This document shows positions 52,201-61,680 of a DNA stretch of 64,000 bases, in pieces. Position 1 is the stretch's first letter. Each line of letters begins with the position of its first letter. Under the pieces are notes generated by a model. That model did no database searches, was not told the origin of the DNA, and was given only the letters and a program-made list of their open reading frames with translations. This DNA is from Nemertoderma westbladi. Its lineage: Eukaryota; Animalia; Xenacoelomorpha. Made by a program: the position numbers and the translations under genes. The DNA lies in the NCBI GenBank assembly GCA_032718475.1, contig JAUCBJ010001037.1, positions 29,675-93,674 of the forward strand. Reading direction: 5' to 3'.

Positions 52201-55200
52201 TAGTAGTGTAAGTGATTTAGTGTCAGTTGTATAGATGTATTGGGTTGTGTAGTAGAAGTGTGTCGTAGGATATCTGCTGAACTACGGAAAGTATAATGAT
52301 GGAAACATTTTATCGGGGATAGTAGTTTAATTATGAAATAAGAATAATTATAAAAACGTAGCTGCTAAATATATGTAGATTTAATATTATAAATGTCCAT
52401 ATTAACGTATGTGTGAGTGTGTAGGGGTGGGTGTGGGTGTAGTAGGTGTGTGTGGGTGTGGGGGTGGGGTGGGGTGGGTGTGGGTGTAGTAGGTGTGTGT
52501 GGGTGTGGGGGTGGGGTGGGGTAGGTGTGGGTGTAGGTGTGTGTTGGTGTGGGGGTGGGGTGGGGTGGGTGTGGGTGTAGTAGGTGTGTGTGGGTGTGGG
52601 GGTGGGGTGGGTAGGTGTGGGTGTAGGTGTGTGTGGGGGTGGGGTGGGGTAGGTGTGGGTGTAGGTGTGTGTTGGTGTGGGGGTGGGGTGTGTGGGTGTA
52701 GTAGGTGTGTGTGGGGGTGGGTGGGGTAGGTGTGGGTGTAGGTGTGTGTTGGTGTGGGGGTGGGGTGTGTGGGTGTGGGTGTAGTAGGTGTGTGTGGGTG
52801 TGGGGGTGGGGTGGGGTAGGTGTGGGTGTAGGTGTGTGTTGGTGCGGGGGTGGGGTGTGTGGGTGTGGGTGTAGTAGGTGTGTGTGGGGGTGGGGTGGGG
52901 TAGGTGTGGGTGTAGGTGGGTGTGGGGGTGGGGGTGGGGTGTGTGTGTGTGGGTGTGGGTGTAGGTGGGTGTGGGGGTGGGGGTGGGGTGTGTGTGTGTG
53001 GGTGTGGGTGTAGTAGGTGTGTGGATGTGATGTCTGGATATATGTATAGCTAACGACTGATTGAAATTTGCCTAATGTATGATACATTCTAGAACGCAAA
53101 TGATAGCGTATAAGAATCTCGGTTTTACATACACCTACACATACGTGATTGTGAGACGCACCTTTAGTAATTAACTGATCTAAATTTGCAATACTAATTA
53201 ATACTGTATACTAGTGTTTAAACGGGATCCCGATCCCGAAAAACCGGGATCCCGGTGAAAAATTAACATTAAGGAAGAGGGGAAGATTGCCGTGGCGGTA
53301 TTTTCTAACCAAAACAATAAACAAAACTTGATTTACTTGGAGATCACTTTTTTCTCTTGCGGTCAATTTGCGCCACTATCTGCAAACATATTTGAAAATT
53401 TTTATTTGATGATGTTTTATTTAATTTGCCTCATATTGCTATTGTTGCAGCGACGGAACCAGGGTGGGACTTTTTCGATGAAGTGTTGCCACATTTCAAG
53501 TACCCAGAAGTAAAGAAAACCTCAACAGACCCTCCACACCCTCATGCTCTCCATCCTCAATCAGTTCCACTTCACCCTCATTCATCGCCACCTCCAATTC
53601 CTCTTACACACTCTCATCAACTACATTACCCACCGCAATATCCCGGATTGATGCAGTATACTGTACAGAGACCTGCCTCAACCCTTCCTGCCAATATATT
53701 GCAACAAGAAACTTCTCTGATTAATCCTAATCAATCACAATCTCCCGAAACGTCTTCACAAGCACGACTTTCTCCTGCTATTCCCTTTCTTTCACAATTG
53801 CCTGTACTTCGCAAACAAGATTCCCCTGGACTTCAACGTCAGTTACAATCTCAAGCCCCAAATGTTGTATCTGATGTATCCGTCGTTCGTAAACCCAAAG
53901 AATCCGATTTTATATCGAAGGAGGTTCACGCCGAAACTGTCGGAAAGAAAGCGTGGTATTATAAGCCGGAATATATAGGTGAGGTTTTATATTATGAGTT
54001 TAAAGTTATGTAATCAGTGGCGTGGTGTGGGGGGGCGTGGCGTGGCGTGGCGTGGCGTGGCGTGGCGTGGCGTGGCGTGGCGTGGCGTGGCGTGGCGTGG
54101 CGTGGCGTGGCGTGGCGTGGCGTGGCGTGGCGTGGCGTGGCGTGGCGTGGCGTGGCGTGGCGTGGCGTGGCGTGGCGTGGCGTGGCGTGGCGTGGCGTGG
54201 CGTGGCGTGGCGTGGCGTGGCGTGGCGTGGCGTGGCGTGGCGTGGCGTGGCGTGGCGTGGCGTGGCGTGGCGTGGCGTGGCGTGGCGTGGCGTGGCGTGG
54301 CGTGGCGTGGCGTGGCGTGGCGTGGCGGGGTGGCGTGGCGCGGCGTGGCGTGGCGTGCGTTTTCTTAGCTACTGAATTTGCTAATTTACCATTTGTGTTC
54401 TAGAATTCTTTCTTTGGTATAAGAAGAGGGGCGGAGACCCTGGTCGTTTCTATGACTACCTGCAGTATTACTGGGATCGGGAAAAAGATAAAACCCCAAT
54501 AAAGATACGCGGTAAGTTTTCATTACCTATAGTTACCTCATTACGTGTAATGTGTCACGATATTTGATGATAAGGTTGTAAAGATAAGGTGTATTAGATA
54601 TAACTAATTTTCATAAACTTACTATTATAAAGTTTCACATTTTTGTACACAAAGTTACTAGACTAACATCGACTTAAATGGAAGCTACGATATTCAATCA
54701 TAATATTTTCTTTACACTGTCAGACCGTAGCACCGAGAGCGACACCGTTCCCAAGGTAACAACCACCAAGAACGACACCGTTCCCAAGGTCACCACCAAG
54801 AGCGACACCGTTCCCAAGGTAACAACCACCAAGAACGACACCGTTCCCAAGGTAACAACCACCAAGAACGACACCGTTCCCAAGGTCACCACCAAGAGCG
54901 ACACCTTTCCCAAGGTAACCACCAAGAGCGACACTGTCCCCAAGGTTACCACCGAGAGCGACACTGTTCCCAAGGTTACCACCGAGAGCGACACTGTCCC
55001 CAAGGTTACCACCGACAACGATGATTCCCCCAAATTAACTATTATCGATAATGAGGCTGCTAGCGAGGTTGAGGTTGGGAACGACTCCTCCGTAGAAAAA
55101 CGGCCAGTAATATCGGCGGAAGAGTCAGTAAAGTCTACGGAAATCTCTCCGAAATCATCAGATAAGCCGACAAAGTCTGCAGATAAAGTAGTAAAGTCGG

Positions 55201-58200
55201 AGGGAATGTCAGTGAAGCGATTATCAGACGCCAATAAAGATTCAACGAAGCGACAAAGAACAACGATGGAACGAAATGGTTAGAGTTGAATGTAATTAAT
55301 TCGTAGGAAATTATGTCAGAAAACACAAACTTAATGAGAATAGTTATTTTATTTGCTAATCTCTAATCACGTTAGAACATATTTCCTAAGCTGCGATAGT
55401 TGTACGTTTACCTTTCCGGTTTCATGTGTGCATATAATGTGAGTTTCCACTTTATTAACCACTTTATTAGCGCTTTATTCCACGTTAACTCTATAGCAGT
55501 AAGCAAATAAACTACTATTTTATTTATTTTTCCTCCGTTATAGATTCTATAACCTCACCAACACCGCAATCAAATGTTACCGCATCCGGTGACGAATCCA
55601 CCGCCGGTGTAAAAAGGAAGGGAATAAATACCGAAGCCGACTCGGCAACTGGTTCAGTAAAGACAAACGATTACTTTACAGCGATGGGGTTGGATCGCCC
55701 GGCCCCGTAAGTTCACATTTCAGATCATATATAATTATATTTCAATTAATTCTATATTTGCCGTCCTATACGTCCGTTGGTCGATTATGACCGTTCCATT
55801 ATTCATCGCATACCTCGCAGGCGCTCTGTAAATATAATGCCTCGATAATAGTGGGAAAAAGTTATACCTTTTTCCCCATATAATAAATAATGATTATTCC
55901 CTCCGATTTAGTCGACTGAGGCAGTGGATGACGGAACCTTCTCCCCCACCCCGTAGCATTACTCCCCCCGCTCCCACCCCACTCCCTTCTCCCGCTCTCC
56001 CAGAGGAATCAGAACTGGTCGATCTACCAGTGGATGCCGGGTTGCTAGGCGACACTTGGTGGCAGAAATACTACAGTCGCGATGGGAAACTACACCACCA
56101 TAAACACAACAAAGAGGTATAAACCTTACAGTAGCGGTAGCCTATCATACACACAATAAATAAACTGCTAGTAATATTATCTGGTGTAACGTTATATTGA
56201 ACTGATCTTCTTTATGTGGCCGTATCCGAATCAGCTACACGGCCTCCATCCTCGGCACCGTAAACCTCAACCTCTCAGATTGCCTTTATGTGGAGGTCCA
56301 CAACCCAGCATCACCTTATATAGTCCATCCCGTCTCAATAGTTTAACCGTATCCTAATCAGCCACACGGCCTCCATCCTCGGCACCGTAAACCTCAACCT
56401 CTCAGATTGCCTTTATGAGGAGGTCCACAACCCAGCATCACCTTATATAGTCCATCCCGTCTCAATAGTTTAGCCGTATCCTAATCAGCCACACGGCCTC
56501 CATCCTCGGCACCGTAAACCTCAACCTCTCAGATTGCCTTTATGAGGAGGTCCACAACCCAGCATCACCTTATATAGTCCATCCCGTCTCAATAGTTTAG
56601 CCGTATCCTAATCAGCCACACGGCCTCCATCCTCGGCACCGTAAACCTCAACCTCTCAGATTGCCTTTATGAGGAGGTCCACAACCCAGCATCACCTTAT
56701 ATAGTCCATCCCGTCTCAATAGCTTATTTATTTGTATTTTTTTTGTTATATTTATAAATTACATTAATTACTTATATTTGTTTAAATGATGTAATTATTT
56801 TTTGTGGTGGATTGAATTTAGCGCCATCGCCACGCCGGGCCCATTCACAGGCTGTGGCAATAGTGCGAGGCCTCCATTTTATTACAGATATAATTGATAT
56901 ATTCTAATTAATTTTTATGTATGTGCTCGGTTTATTTGACGACATAAGGACCAATCCATCTAATGGAAATTAATATCATTTTTATATTTTTTAAGGTTTG
57001 GGAATCTTTAACTGATTCCCAATCGTCATCTAATCTCGGAAAGTTCTCCGTAACTGGGGTAACCATTCGTGACCCTCGGTTGTTCCTCAGCAAACCCAGA
57101 CACAAGTTGCCGAAACAACCACCACAGAGTAAGTGATAAATAGACAGTAAGTTTCAAGTAAGAGAACAAGTTATTTGTACCAATAAGGGCAGGGCGTTTT
57201 AAGTGATCAAGTATTGAGATTATTTGTCGTTATTTCAGATACAACCGATTCAACTGAGGATGCAGATCACCCGATCAGACTGTCCTCTGATTCTCCTATT
57301 TGGGACGAGGACGTACGATTACAAGTTTCCAGACTAAAAGTTCCCGCAGCTGATATCAACCTCCGTAGAAGAGATTGGTTGCTTAGCAACCCAGATACCG
57401 ACCTGGGAGAGAGAGAAGACCGTATTCCTGTGCTGCTGATGCAATGCAGTGGTGGGTGATTAGTTTATATGACTGTAACTTACTGTAATTAGGGCGTGTG
57501 GGTGTGTGACCTAATATTATTTTATATGTATTTATTAGTTCTTATCAAACACACAGTGGTGGGGATTATAAACGTAAATCACATCTACAATTATAATTAT
57601 CAGTTAAGTTATAGAAACCAGTTGTTACAGTAACGAGCTATCATAACCAAAACAATAAGCGCGGACGTCCATAGCACTGATTACAGTTTCATCTTAGCAT
57701 TATTACTATTGTTTTGCGTAAAGATACCCCCCCCCCCCAAACCCAACCCCCAATCACCACTTCTGGTGCTGCTACTGCTGAAAGATAATAAGATGTACAA
57801 TTTCTGCGATGGAAGAGATTCGGGATTCTCCTGAAAAATATTTTTGTATTTTAGGGAACGGGAACGTTGGCGGAACTGCGGAACGATCCACCGATGGTTT
57901 CTACGTAGCGTTCCCTAGCAACTGGGCGCGGGAACTGTGGGTGTCGCTGATGTACCGGATGGTGACGCCCATCGGTCTCCATGGTTACGAGTGGATGCGT
58001 AGGGAGTTGGGGGAGTTTGTGTTCCCTGTAGACTATCCGGATACCGAGGCTGGGGAACTGCTGAACAAGGAAACCAAAGAGGAGATGGAGAGTAAACATT
58101 TCCGATACCCGCCGGATAAACGGCCCAACTTCCGACGACTGGGTGTCGCGTCTCCGTACTACCAACCATGGGACGTGCTGGTCGCTGATTGGTTGAATCT

Positions 58201-58789
58201 ATCCAGTATGTCACCCACCCCCTCGTCTGGGTTCACCGTGATTAGAGACAGGAAGAGTCTCGCGTCCCTAGCAACCGCCTTAGCGACGGGTTCATTCGCT
58301 CTTGCTAGTAGTTTATTATGTAACCATAGCAACGCGCTGGTATTCGTGCAGTTAGAGATGTGTAGTCGTGGTTACCCGAGTAAACACGCTATGATTGCCA
58401 TACCAACTGCCAATGATTTATTGTTAAAGAAAAATAGTTGTAACCCGGTAATAGAAGAGCCGCTACATAAATTCTCGAGAATAAAAAAACTACCGAAGAA
58501 AGGAAGACGTTCGGCGTTGGATAAAGAGTTATCGGAGATTATTCGCCGACATTCGGAATTCCCGCCATGCACCGCCGTGGCGAAGTCCTGTTCCAGAGAT
58601 GTGATTGGCTACATTAACCACGGCGATTATTCATATTTTTCAGGGACCAGTAAAGGATGTGGTTTCGTGGCTCTAGCGGGTTTAGTTGAACTGCTCAAAC
58701 AGACGACTCTACCTTTGGTTCTTGTTCGTAATAATAATAGTAGAAATTGTTATTTTGCTAATTTGACTGTTTCATTGGTTTACGTTTAG
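10198..58789 (+). CDS. POP1: POP1, RNase P/MRP protein subunit; 16 predicted coding exons, 7692 nt, about 2563 aa
   Basis: Exons 10198-10236, 10454-10573, 11174-11276, 12451-12647, 13624-13757, 42208-42361, 42750-42975, 47669-51547, 53451-53978, 54404-54511, 54724-55278, 55544-55706, 55912-56116, 56996-57128, 57239-57451 and 57855-58789 are all GT-AG and phase-compatible. POP1 motifs: [83 protein letters not shown]. Confidence 0.9.
10454..10573 (+). CDS. POP1: POP1 putative exon 2
   Basis: TATAG acceptor, 120-nt open frame ([10 protein letters not shown]...PTNNK), AAG|GTAATT donor. Confidence 0.6.
10783..10878 (+). pseudogene. tRNA-derived (SINE head or pseudo-tRNA) remnant
   Basis: B-box GGTTCGAATCC preceded by a Ser/Leu-tRNA-like variable arm and GTGGTTA. 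No clean cloverleaf. Confidence 0.35.
11174..11276 (+). CDS. POP1: POP1 putative exon 3
   Basis: TATAG acceptor, open frame ([15 protein letters not shown]...), AAG|GTTTGT donor in phase 1, matching exon 4. Confidence 0.65.
11870..12190. mobile_element. Degenerate palindromic (MITE-like) element
   Basis: Inverted arms of about 140 bp, e.g. CCGATGTCAGTTT/AAACTGACATCGG, GATTCTAGTC/GACTAGAATC and CTGTATGTCT/AGACATACAG. Confidence 0.6.
12451..12647 (+). CDS. POP1: POP1 exon 4 (N-terminal POP1 domain)
   Basis: [17 protein letters not shown]...[22 protein letters not shown]; TTTAG acceptor, TCG|GTGAGT donor. Confidence 0.92.
12629..13584 (+). repeat. 38-bp tandem repeat spanning the exon 4/intron 4 junction, about 25 copies
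   Basis: Unit CAGACAACCGACACAGTCG|GTGAGTTACATTGGTTCGA. The first copy is the exon end plus the real donor. Confidence 0.97.
13624..13757 (+). CDS. POP1: POP1 exon 5
   Basis: [10 protein letters not shown]...[12 protein letters not shown](R). The phase 2 donor GAG|GTTAGT joins exon 6 to give [18 protein letters not shown]. An alternative acceptor would start the exon at 13630. Confidence 0.85.
13734..42172 (+). repeat. 43-bp satellite (39/47-bp variants) spanning the exon 5/intron 5 junction, about 600 copies, interrupted by a LINE
   Basis: Unit GATCGGGTCTCCGATTATAGGAG|GTTAGTTAGTTAGTATGTTA. Copy number is estimated from about 25.3 kb of array divided by about 42.5 bp. Confidence 0.98.
24590..27682 (+). 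mobile_element. 5'-truncated APE+RT LINE (CR1/L2 group) inserted in the satellite; ORF open to the stop at 27545
   Basis: Endonuclease motifs [22 protein letters not shown] and STLDHFF. RT motifs [37 protein letters not shown] and HLG. Short 3' UTR and an (AAATT)n tail; no clear TSD. Confidence 0.93.
42208..42361 (+). CDS. POP1: POP1 exon 6
   Basis: [36 protein letters not shown], the POP1 hallmark; CGCAG acceptor, ATG|GTAAGT donor. Confidence 0.95.
42750..42975 (+). CDS. POP1: POP1 exon 7
   Basis: [12 protein letters not shown]...[21 protein letters not shown]; TTACAG acceptor, CAC|GTAAGT donor. Confidence 0.92.
43841..45391 (+). CDS. XK-related protein (XKR4/6/7-like multipass membrane protein, scramblase family), intronless, nested in POP1 intron 7
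   Basis: XK-family motifs [77 protein letters not shown] and [11 protein letters not shown]. The start ATG is uncertain (43841 is the first in-frame ATG). Confidence 0.9.
   Translation: MSINVRYGMKTLPSRPYRKHYLLEYYLKCDKNERVSFYNVLEFPQQDNINSVTRGITENETLEQLNNHTSTTVVEIQNNISQPMAEQNVLVDAGEDRNSRPIRKPHAHSRVSHVAYTVPDLLLNLCSILLYILHVCVDLYLAFAYLYGRHYLYFAITCSLIYTSSLLVQSVSFYWFRQDQKLTPSNNQLDKDGKPSILGRITQSQPRDVLYARFRSHSVAKWYMMFIILLHVCQLGVVWRHVKVMYYGVRSRSGVCDSKWMEVRSLIYFQDVAMLQMFQSFLEAAPLSLLQMYIKFSQKISHVDEATTASAVVSFCFISLSLANYHRAVRVSIPGKVELGYVGIVLLFFWQVFAISSRVLVFSLLFSTFGYGVFLIVGFHWVVMTVWVVSDDTKYCSSYVSDPEHRSKRPNKRNKPWKPTLCTGVLEFFFDAAIGFVQLFCWFNVKEGSTKHRIVYFYLIMFIENLILIIIWFMWSDKAIQYKTHMFICVMIALPIGITFMIIYYSCFHPKRRGNY
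45484..46995 (-). mobile_element. Non-autonomous Helitron, about 1.5 kb
   Basis: The minus strand begins A|TC-TAATAAATATA followed by a CTGT/GT microsatellite, and ends with the hairpin GTGGCCC-GAA-GGGCCAC then CTAG|T. It has internal CCCTAGTGG/CTCTAGCGG subrepeats and an internal duplication of about 245 bp near the 3' end. Confidence 0.8.
47669..51547 (+). CDS. POP1: POP1 exon 8 (3.9 kb): conserved [16 protein letters not shown] block, then a long acidic, Ser/Lys-rich insertion
   Basis: TTTAG acceptor in phase 1, a 1300-aa open frame, and a CAG|GTTAGA donor. Internal splicing cannot be excluded. Confidence 0.78.
51572..52255 (+). repeat. 45-bp tandem repeat, about 15 copies, in POP1 intron 8
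   Basis: Unit GTAAGTGATTTAGTGTCAGTTGTAGATGTATTGGGTTGTAGTAGT, starting 24 nt after the donor. Confidence 0.96.
52410..53025 (+). repeat. G/T-rich low-complexity repeat (GGGTGT/GGGGT/GTAGTAG)
   Basis: Directly visible dense G3-G5 runs. Confidence 0.92.
53451..53978 (+). CDS. POP1: POP1 exon 9 (Pro/Gln/His-rich insertion exon)
   Basis: TTGCAG acceptor, TAG|GTGAGG donor, phase 1-1, open frame. Confidence 0.65.
54017..54358 (+). repeat. (GGCGT)n microsatellite
   Basis: Near-perfect pentamer run filling most of intron 9. Confidence 0.97.
54404..54511 (+). CDS. POP1: POP1 exon 10 ([30 protein letters not shown])
   Basis: TTCTAG acceptor, GCG|GTAAGT donor, 108 nt, phase 1-1. Confidence 0.65.
54724..55278 (+). 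CDS. POP1: POP1 exon 11 with coding tandem repeats (S/N)DTVPKVTT(T)(K/E)
   Basis: GTCAG acceptor, ATG|GTTAGA donor; the 27/30-bp units preserve the frame. Confidence 0.65.
55544..55706 (+). CDS. POP1: POP1 exon 12
   Basis: TATAG acceptor, CCC|GTAAGT donor, phase 1-2, open frame. Confidence 0.65.
55912..56116 (+). CDS. POP1: POP1 exon 13 (return to the conserved WWQKYY..HKHNKE segment)
   Basis: TTTAG acceptor in phase 2, GAG|GTATAA donor in phase 0. Confidence 0.72.
56220..56722 (+). repeat. 127-bp tandem repeat, 4 copies, CRE-retrotransposon-like core
   Basis: Units start at 56220, 56347, 56474 and 56601; each encodes [17 protein letters not shown]. Confidence 0.9.
56996..57128 (+). CDS. 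POP1: POP1 exon 14
   Basis: VWESL...[13 protein letters not shown]; TTAAG acceptor, AGA|GTAAGT donor. Confidence 0.85.
57239..57451 (+). CDS. POP1: POP1 exon 15
   Basis: SPIWDEDVR...DINLRR...RIPVLLMQ; TTTCAG acceptor, GTG|GTGGGT donor. Confidence 0.88.
57855..58789 (+). CDS. POP1: POP1 last exon (POPLD and C-terminal domain)
   Basis: [55 protein letters not shown] and LVLVRN; TAG stop, with AATAAA at about 58836. Confidence 0.95.
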
Positions 58790-59307
58790 CGATCTTGTGC
58801 AATTTAAATTTTTGGTAGAAATCAAATAATAGATAAATAAATATGCTTCAAATATTTATTAATTAATTATAAATTATATATCATTAATTAATTCATGTTT
58901 GCTTTTTTTAAGAGCATCCGATGTGAAGTCCATGTGAAGAAATGCAGCTATTTTATTTTTATGGCTATTTCTAGGTTACCTATAGCGTTACTGAAGTGAA
59001 GACACTATAATTGCAATAACGTTTGCTTTGTGTGCTGTTTTTAATATGAGATATAGAGATATAGTAGATCAGATTATTGTGATCATTAATTATATCATTC
59101 AAATTGTGATACAAGTATGAAATATAGTACGGGCGTTCCTTTCGGGTCACTGTGTAAGAAAAAAGTGGTGGCCACTGGAATTCAGACATGACGGCTACAA
59201 GTACATATTTACATGGCGACCAGTACTAATATAGTCTATTCCGTGTTGTTAGTGGGTGCGAGGGGGGGGGGGGGGGGGGGGGCATGACCTCTTAGAGTAC
59301 ATCGGAG

Positions 59308-61558
59308 AGCCGGGGTCCATGGTACCCAGGATGAGAGGGCGGGGTCCATGGTACCCAGGATGGAGGCCGTCGGAGGGTGGGGTCCATGGTACCCAGGATG
59401 GAGGCCAGGGTCCATGGTACCCAGGATGGAGGCCGGGGTCCATGGTACCCAGGATGGAGGCCGGGGTCCATGGTACCCAGGATGGAGGCCGTCGGAGAGG
59501 GCGGGGTCCATGGTACCCAGGATGGAGGCCGTCGGAGAGGGCGGGGTCCATGGTACCCAGGATGGAGGGTGGGGTCCATGGTACCCAGGATGGAGGCCGT
59601 CGGAGAGGGTGGGGTCCATGGTACCCAGGATGGAGGGCGGGGTCCATGGTACCCAGGATGGAGGCCGTCGGAGAGGGTGGGGTCCATGGTACCCAGGATG
59701 GAGGCCGGGGTCCATGGTACCCAGGATGGAGGGTGGGGTCCATGGTACCCAGGATGGAGGCCGTCGGAGAGGGCGGGGTCCATGGTACCCAGGATGGAGG
59801 CGGGCGGGGTCCATGGTACCCAGGATGGAGGCCGTCGGAGAGGGCGGGGTCCATGGTACCCAGGATGGAGGCCGTCGGAGAGGGCGGGGTCCATGGTACC
59901 CAGGATGGAGGCCGTCGGAGAGGGCGGGGTCCATGGTACCCAGGATGGAGGCCGGGTCCATGGTACCCAGGATGGAGCGGGGTCCATGGTACCCAGGATG
60001 GAGGCCGGGGTCCATGGTACCCAGGATGGAGGCGGGGTCCATGGTACCCAGGATGGAGGCCGGGGTCCATGGTACCCAGGATGGAGGCCGTCGGAGAGGG
60101 CGGGGTCCATGGTACCCAGGATGGAGGCCGGGTCCATGGTACCCAGGATGGAGGCCGGGGTCCATGGTACCCAGGATGGAGGCCGGGGTCCATGGTACCC
60201 AGGATGGAGGCGGGGTCCATGGTACCCAGGATGGAGGCCGTCGGAGAGGGCGGGGTCCATGGTACCCAGGGTGGAGGCCGTCGGAGAGGGCGGGGTCCAT
60301 GGTACCCAGGATGGAGGCCGTCGGAGAGGGCGGGGTCCATGGTACCCAGGATGGAGGCCGTCGGAGAGGGCGGGGTCCATGGTACCCAGGATGGAGGCCG
60401 GGGAGGGGTCCATGGTACCCAGGATGGAGGCCGTCGGAGAGGGCGGGGTCCATGGTACCCAGGATGGAGGCCGGGGAGGGGGTCCATGGTACCCAGGGAT
60501 GGAGGCCGTCGGAGAGGGCGGGGTCCATGGTACCCAGGATGGAGGCCGTCGGAGAGGGCGGGGTCCATGGTACCCAGGGTGGAGGCCTGTCGGAGGGAGG
60601 GCTGGGTCCATGGTACCCAGGATGGAGGCCGTCGGAGAGGGAGGGGTCCATGGTACCCAGGATGGAGGCCGTCGGAGAGGACGGGGTCCATGGTACCCAG
60701 GATGGAGGCCGGGGAGGGCTCCATGGTACCCAGGATGGAGGCCGTCGGAGAGGGCGGGATCCATGGTACCCAGGATGGAGGCCGTAGGAGAGGGCGGGGT
60801 CCATGGTACCCAGGATGGAGGCCGTCGGAGAGGGCGGGGTCCATGGTACCCAGGATGGAGGCCGTCGGAGAGGGCGGGGTCCATGGTACCCAGGATGGAG
60901 GGTGGGGTCCATGGTACCCAGGATGGAGGCCGTCGGAGAGGGTGGGGTCCATGGTACCCACGATGGAGGGCGGGGTACATGGTACCCAGGATGGAGGCCG
61001 TCGGAGAGGGCGGGGTCCATGGTACCCAGGATGGAGGCCGTCGGAGAGGGCGGGGTCCATGGTACCCAGGATGGAGGCCGTCGGAGAGGACGGGGTCCAT
61101 GGTACCCAGGATGGAGGCCTGGGTCCATGGTACCCAGGATGGAGGCCGTTGAAGAGGGCAGGGTCCATGGTACCCAGGATGGAGGCCTGGGTCCATGGTA
61201 CCCAGGATGGAGGCCGTCGGAGAGGGCGGGGTCCATGGTACCCAGGATGGAGACCTGGGTCCATGGTACCGAGGATGGAGGCCGTTGAAGAGGGCAGGGT
61301 CCATGGTACCCAGGATGGAGGCCTGGGTCCATGGTACCCAGGATGGAGACCTGGGTCCATGGTACCCAGGATGGAGGCCGTCGGAGAGGGCGGGGTCCAT
61401 GGTACCGAGGATGGAGGCCGTTGAAGAGGACAGGGTCCATGGTACCCAGGATGGAGACCTGGGTCCATGGTACCGAGGATGGAGGCCGTTGAAGAGGGCA
61501 GGGTCCATGGTACCCAGGATGGAGACCTGGGTCCATGGTACCCAGGATGGAGGCCGTG
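59308..61558 (-). repeat. GC-rich variable-unit (about 29-41 bp) tandem repeat, core GGGTCCATGGTACCCAGGATGGAGGCC
   Basis: Directly visible; the minus strand encodes repeated TASILGTMDPALSDGLH. Confidence 0.96.
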
Positions 61559-61680
61559 TTTCCCATCAGAAGGACAATGGGGAGGCGTTGAAGGAGAAAC
61601 AGATGGGAACGTGACTCCTGAGCGACTGCATGGAGGCGGTTTCCAACCTCCTTTAGGAATGTAGCCTTCTCAGGCCTTCT
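61530..61680 (-). mobile_element. 3' fragment of a CRE-type (restriction-like endonuclease) non-LTR retrotransposon
   Basis: The minus frame PEKATFLKEVGNRLHAVAQESRSHLFLLQRLPIVLLMGNTASILGTM resembles the CRE C-terminal signature (F..ELG.RL...R...FL.QRLS.A.QRGNAAS.LGT), recalled from memory. Confidence 0.7.

Noticed and set aside
53211-53256. CGGGATCCCG repeats resembling a DNA-transposon terminus
   Set aside because: No matching opposite terminus or TSD found nearby.
51456-54403. ORFs [17 protein letters not shown]-rich and (GVAWR)n
   Set aside because: These are translations of intronic simple repeats.
59236-61664. Multiple 480-780-aa ORFs on both strands
   Set aside because: A GC-rich repeat open in nearly all frames, with variable non-triplet unit lengths.
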